Shown here: in pieces, positions 6,485 to 9,119 of the stretch
Layout of the letters: each line of letters starts with the position of its first letter
Position numbering within the stretch: position 1 is the stretch's first letter
IMG/VR virus record: IMGVR_UViG_2698536443_000014
Span: 1 to 9,119 of that record
Length of the DNA: 9,119 nt
Strand: one strand, 5' to 3'
DNA from: a virus
Taxonomy: Duplodnaviria; Heunggongvirae; Uroviricota; Caudoviricetes
Made by a program: the position numbers and the translations under genes
The notes under the pieces: model-generated
The model's input: only the letters and a program-made list of their open reading frames with translations
What the model was told of the DNA's origin: nothing
The model's database searches: none

Positions 6485-7065
6485 GCGTTAGTTTCTCCAC
6501 AACCAGAAGCAATCGACGCCACGACGCCCGGAGCTGCACACTCGCGGGCGTTACTCTTTTCCGGCGCACAAAAAACACGAAATAACAGTGTTAAATGCTC
6601 CTGCCACTTCGCCATTACTTGGTAGCTGTTCTCTTCGATTTGCTCACGCTCAGCCTGGTCAATAACTCCATCAGCAGTTGCCTTGCGTAAGTACTGGGAA
6701 TGCTTGCCAATCCATTCTATTGACTCCATCAGCCGCTGATTAATGTCACCATTGTCAATGTCATCAATGACCACCAGCGGCACAAACACCCCATTACTAC
6801 GACGGGCTATTGCATCTGTTACATGCCTGGTACCACTGGCATCCTGTAAAACCATGGCCCACTCAAGTGGAAAAATTTGATCCCCACCGCTACGCAGTCT
6901 GTTATGCAATTGATCTTTTGCTGGGGTGATATCATCAGATTTATACAAACCAAGAATTTCTGCTGCTTCCTCATAGCCATGAGGTAAATCAGCAATCGTT
7001 CTTCGTATTGCTGCCACCAGCCATGCTGGTTGTTTATCAACTTTCCATTCAGGTTCTTTACCCAC
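6481..7065 (-). CDS. CII-like early regulatory protein (CP76/YdaT-type position and size), putative
   Basis: 194-aa ORF immediately downstream of Cro, GTG start at 7065 preceded by TGAGGA at about 6-nt spacing. The position is that of lambda cII or of the YdaT/CP76-type CII equivalents of E. coli cryptic prophages. The family call is by context and memory only. Confidence 0.45.
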   Translation of the reverse strand: MGKEPEWKVDKQPAWLVAAIRRTIADLPHGYEEAAEILGLYKSDDITPAKDQLHNRLRSGGDQIFPLEWAMVLQDASGTRHVTDAIARRSNGVFVPLVVIDDIDNGDINQRLMESIEWIGKHSQYLRKATADGVIDQAEREQIEENSYQVMAKWQEHLTLLFRVFCAPEKSNARECAAPGVVASIASGCGETNA

Positions 7066-7092
7066 GGTTAATTCCTCATTTCTGTGGTGTTT

Positions 7093-7290
7093 TTATGCCG
7101 CAGCACTGTTAGTCTTTTGATATAAAGACACGTCAACTTTCAGTTTCCCGTTAGTAATTTTTTCTAACTGGTACGCTCGGCCTTCAGGAATAATCTCAGG
7201 CCACTCTGAAACAGACGGATGCTTAATACCTAGGGCTTCGGCGGTTTTACAAACTCCGCCGAAATAATTAATCACGTCGGATTTCCGCAT
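7093..7290 (-). CDS. cro: Cro-like repressor (P22 Cro type)
   Basis: MRKSDVINYFGGVCKTAEALGIKHPSVSEWPEIIPEGRAYQLEKITNGKLKVDVSLYQ aligns along its length with P22 Cro as I recall it (MYKKDVIDHFGTQRAVAKALGISDAAVSQWKEVIPEKDAYRLEIVTAGALKYQ). It is divergent from the repressor gene across the operator region, with Shine-Dalgarno GGGAGA. Confidence 0.8.
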   Translation of the reverse strand: MRKSDVINYFGGVCKTAEALGIKHPSVSEWPEIIPEGRAYQLEKITNGKLKVDVSLYQKTNSAAA

Positions 7291-7321
7291 TTCTGTCTCC
7301 CGTTAAATTACGTTAAGCAGA

Positions 7322-7387
7322 AATGTAGGATATCCAACATGCTAATGTCAAGAATCCTACATGGGCATGTGGTAGGATTGCCTACAT
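7322..7387. promoter_or_regulatory. Right operator region (OR) with pR-like promoter (minus strand) overlapping the presumptive pRM
   Basis: 18-bp near-palindrome ATGTAGGATATCCAACAT at 7323..7340. Further half-site copies ATCCTACAT at 7354..7362 and GTAGGATTGCCTACAT at 7372..7387. On the minus strand: -35 TTGACA (complement of 7346..7351), 17-bp spacer, -10 CTACAT/TACATT (complement of about 7322..7328), directed toward cro. Confidence 0.6.
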
Positions 7388-8039
7388 GATGAACATGAGT
7401 GATCGTATTCGCCAAAGGCGAAAAGAACTGAACCTGACACAACAAGCACTGGCTGATTTGACTGGTGTGAACCGTGTCACGGTTACTGGATGGGAAAAGG
7501 ACGACTACCAACCAAATGGAGCCAACCTTCAAGCCCTAGCCAACGCACTTAAATGCGATCCTCTGTGGCTTGTTAGCGGAAAAGGCTCGCCTGAACCAAA
7601 GATAAATCTAAAACCTGAAATATTCGCAGTTAAAAAAGTCCCCCTAATCTCGTGGGTTCAGGCGGGTTCATGGACAATGACGGAGCCTGGTGTCAGGAAA
7701 GAAGATGCTGAAGAGTGGGTTTATACTACCGCCCTTGTATCAGAAATGGCATTTGCACTACGGGTCCGTGGTGATTCAATGACCAATCCCCTCGGCTCAC
7801 CATCGATACCAGAAGGTTCTATCGTTATCGTAGAGCCAGATATTATTGATACAGAGTGTATTAACGGAAAAATCGTTGTTGCCCATATCAATGGTGGGCA
7901 AGAAGCGACACTCAAAAAATTTGTTGAGGACTGGCCGAACAGGTATCTCGTCCCACTAAATCCTAACTATAAAACTATTGAATGCGGTGAGAACTGTAGA
8001 ATAGTTGGTCTTGTCAAACAAGTAATAATGGATTTTTGA
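7386..8039 (+). CDS. cI: CI-like prophage repressor (HTH-XRE N-terminal domain, S24 LexA-like peptidase C-terminal domain)
   Basis: N-terminal HTH (IRQRRKELNLTQQALADLTGVNRVTVTGWE). C-terminal S24 autopeptidase signature with GDSM serine motif and a downstream lysine (LRVRGDSMTNPL...EATLKKF). Starts at the edge of the operator region, consistent with a short-leader pRM transcript. Confidence 0.85.
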   Translation: MMNMSDRIRQRRKELNLTQQALADLTGVNRVTVTGWEKDDYQPNGANLQALANALKCDPLWLVSGKGSPEPKINLKPEIFAVKKVPLISWVQAGSWTMTEPGVRKEDAEEWVYTTALVSEMAFALRVRGDSMTNPLGSPSIPEGSIVIVEPDIIDTECINGKIVVAHINGGQEATLKKFVEDWPNRYLVPLNPNYKTIECGENCRIVGLVKQVIMDF

Positions 8040-8060
8040 CACATCTTCCTCACTATCGCA

Positions 8061-8085
8061 AAACCGGGGTATCCCCGGTTTTTTT
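8061..8085 (+). terminator. Rho-independent terminator after the repressor gene
   Basis: Stem ACCGGGG (8063-8069) / CCCCGGT (8073-8079) with a 3-nt loop, followed by a T7 run (8079-8085), 22 nt after the repressor stop codon. Confidence 0.6.
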
Positions 8086-8101
8086 ATGAGCCTATCTTTT
8101 T

Positions 8102-8155
8102 ATGTAGGATAACCAACATAAACTCTTGACACTCGCATGTTGGATATCCTACATT
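8102..8155 (+). promoter_or_regulatory. Left operator region (OL) with pL-like promoter
   Basis: ATGTAGGATAACCAACAT (8102..8119) and ATGTTGGATATCCTACAT (8137..8154, the exact reverse complement of the OR site at 7323..7340) flank and overlap -35 TTGACA (8126..8131), a 17-18-bp spacer and -10 CTACAT/TACATT (8149..8155). Spacer and -10 are almost identical to the pR-like promoter. Confidence 0.55.
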
Positions 8156-8313
8156 TGTTTTTAGAGTTGTGGTGAATGCGCAGGCTGATGCGCGAAAGAC
8201 ATTGCAGCTATTGCGGAAAAGAGCTGTTCGGCGGGGCAATTAAACGCCCGTGAGAGTCTGAAATAACCGCAAGCCGGAGATCAGCATCGGTCACCACAGC
8301 AGCCACTGCTTTG

Positions 8314-8360
8314 GCGGTACCAGTTTGTACACTTGCTTCCGGCTGGTACCGCTCTTTTTA
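8314..8360 (+). terminator. Long hairpin plus T-run in the pL leader (terminator-like; boxA-like CGCTCTTTTTA overlaps its 3' side)
   Basis: Perfect 10-bp stem GCGGTACCAG (8314-8323) / CTGGTACCGC (8343-8352) with a 19-nt loop, followed by TCTTTTTA. CGCTCTTTTTA at 8350..8360 resembles the boxA consensus (CGCTCTTTA). The long loop makes efficient termination uncertain. Confidence 0.4.
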
Positions 8361-8482
8361 CAAAACAGAGAAGAGCATCACCGGACGACGGGCTCATAAC
8401 CCAATCCACCCGGGCGGCTGCCACCGCAGGTGTTCTTCTCTGTTTTGTGGAGAAACTAATATCTTGTGCAGAGGAAAATAGA

Positions 8483-9029
8483 ATGAAATTACCAAAATTT
8501 CGTAACGCAATTGTGTACCGAGCAACATTACCTAGTATACAGGCTATTGAAGGTCATCTTCTCGAACTCCCTTATTCTGAAATCGGGGAAACAGAATTTT
8601 CACGGTCCTCTTTTGTAGAGAATCCTGTCACTGGTGAACTGGTAACTCCGATATCTGGTGGGTACGCAATGGTAATCCGTCATGATCAGAAAATAATTCC
8701 CCGACATGTCGTCATGAAAGAAGCTAATTCTCGAATCCGAACAATCGAAAATATGTCCGGGAATAAATTAAAGCGTGCCGAACGACTGGCCATTATTGAT
8801 AACGTACGAGTAGATCTATGCAAACAGGCATTTGTTAAGTCTACGCTGATTCTTGCATTGTACAGCACTGATGAGAAATTATTGGTAATCAACACAACCA
8901 ATAAAATAATAGCCGGTATGGTATGCGCAATGCTGATTAAGGTTGTCGGTTCAGTGAAAACAGAAACAATCAACATCAGTGATATCAAGAATGGACTGAC
9001 TACACGCCTGAATAACTACATCAATGGTG
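8483..9029 (+). pseudogene. RdgC-family recombination-associated protein gene, 3'-truncated by IS1 insertion
   Basis: ATG 8483 with Shine-Dalgarno GAGGAAAA; the track's 8333 start is a TTG extension through the leader. N-terminus MKLPKFRNAIVYRA matches the RdgC N-terminus (MLWFKNLMVYRL as recalled), with further colinear similarity over about 180 aa. The frame ends at a TAA (9032..9034) supplied by the IS1 terminus; full RdgC is about 300 aa. The gene is AT-rich. Confidence 0.6.
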
Positions 9030-9119
9030 GGTAATGACTCCAACTTACTGATAGTGTTTTATGTTCAGATAATGCCCGATGACCTTGTCATGCAGCTCCA
9101 CCGATTTTGAGAACGACAG
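9030..9119 (-). mobile_element. IS1 insertion sequence, terminal 90 bp (right inverted repeat end; element continues beyond window)
   Basis: 9030..9119 (GGTAATGACTCCAACTTACTGATAGTGTTTTATGTTCAGATAATGCCCGATGACCTTGTCATGCAGCTCCACCGATTTTGAGAACGACAG) matches the reverse complement of the IS1 right end, including the terminal inverted repeat GGTAATGACTCCAACTTATTGAT, with about 2 mismatches. Compared from memory. Confidence 0.85.
9045..9119 (-). CDS. insB: IS1 transposase InsB, 3' end (partial; start lies beyond window end)
   Basis: The minus-strand frame reads ...LSFSKSVELHDKVIGHYLNIKHYQ followed by a stop (TAA, complement of 9045..9047), which matches the InsB C-terminus as I recall it. Confidence 0.75.
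   Translation of the reverse strand: MSFSKSVELHDKVIGHYLNIKHYQ

Noticed and set aside
6378-7040. ORFs 6378..6578 (-) and 6819..7040 (-)
   Set aside because: Out-of-frame overlaps with the CII-like gene and the 6146..6484 ORF, which have translational-coupling support.
7308-7915. ORFs 7308..7532 (-) and 7721..7915 (-)
   Set aside because: They run antisense through the operator region and the repressor gene. The repressor has clear HTH and S24 signatures, so these are shadow ORFs.
8171-8253. Short Arg-containing ORFs (23-25 codons) just downstream of pL, considered as a possible N-like antiterminator
   Set aside because: Too short for an N-family protein (about 100 aa) and without a convincing Arg-rich motif; kept only as a mention within the pL leader finding.
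8333-8482. TTG-initiated 50-codon N-terminal extension of the RdgC-like ORF given by the ORF track
   Set aside because: The extension runs through the hairpin and leader with no ribosome-binding site, whereas the ATG at 8483 has a strong GAGGAAAA Shine-Dalgarno sequence and the RdgC N-terminal motif begins there.
8686-8988. Minus-strand 100-aa ORF inside the RdgC-like gene
   Set aside because: Antisense shadow ORF within a gene that has a recognisable family signature on the plus strand.
1-9119. Search for LexA SOS boxes (CTGT-N8-ACAG), tRNA genes and CRISPR repeats
   Set aside because: No convincing instance was found by eye. This is absence of evidence from manual inspection only, and a proper motif or tRNA scan could still find sites.

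Overview
This window reads as the early/immunity region of a lambdoid prophage from an enterobacterial host (E. coli/Shigella-like), shown in inverted orientation relative to the usual lambda map. All calls are from reading the sequence and recalled family signatures; no database search was run. A CI-like repressor (7386..8039, +) is flanked on both sides by the same 18-bp palindromic operator and by two near-identical TTGACA/17-bp/TACATT promoters (pR-like on the minus strand, pL-like on the plus strand). The pR-side operon on the minus strand runs Cro, a CII-like regulator, a small ORF with a frame anomaly, a replication initiator with iteron-like repeats inside its coding sequence, a PerC-like hypothetical, a phage Dam-type methyltransferase, a LexA-DNA-binding-domain-only protein, RusA, a KilA-N protein, a DUF968 protein and a Q antiterminator. 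Directly downstream of Q sits an AT-rich gene of unknown function followed by an intrinsic terminator; this is the best candidate for novel accessory cargo, but I cannot assign it a function. On the pL side, a ~320-nt leader with a long hairpin and no N-like gene precedes an AT-rich RdgC-family gene that is truncated by an IS1 insertion at the window edge. No tRNA or CRISPR array was seen.
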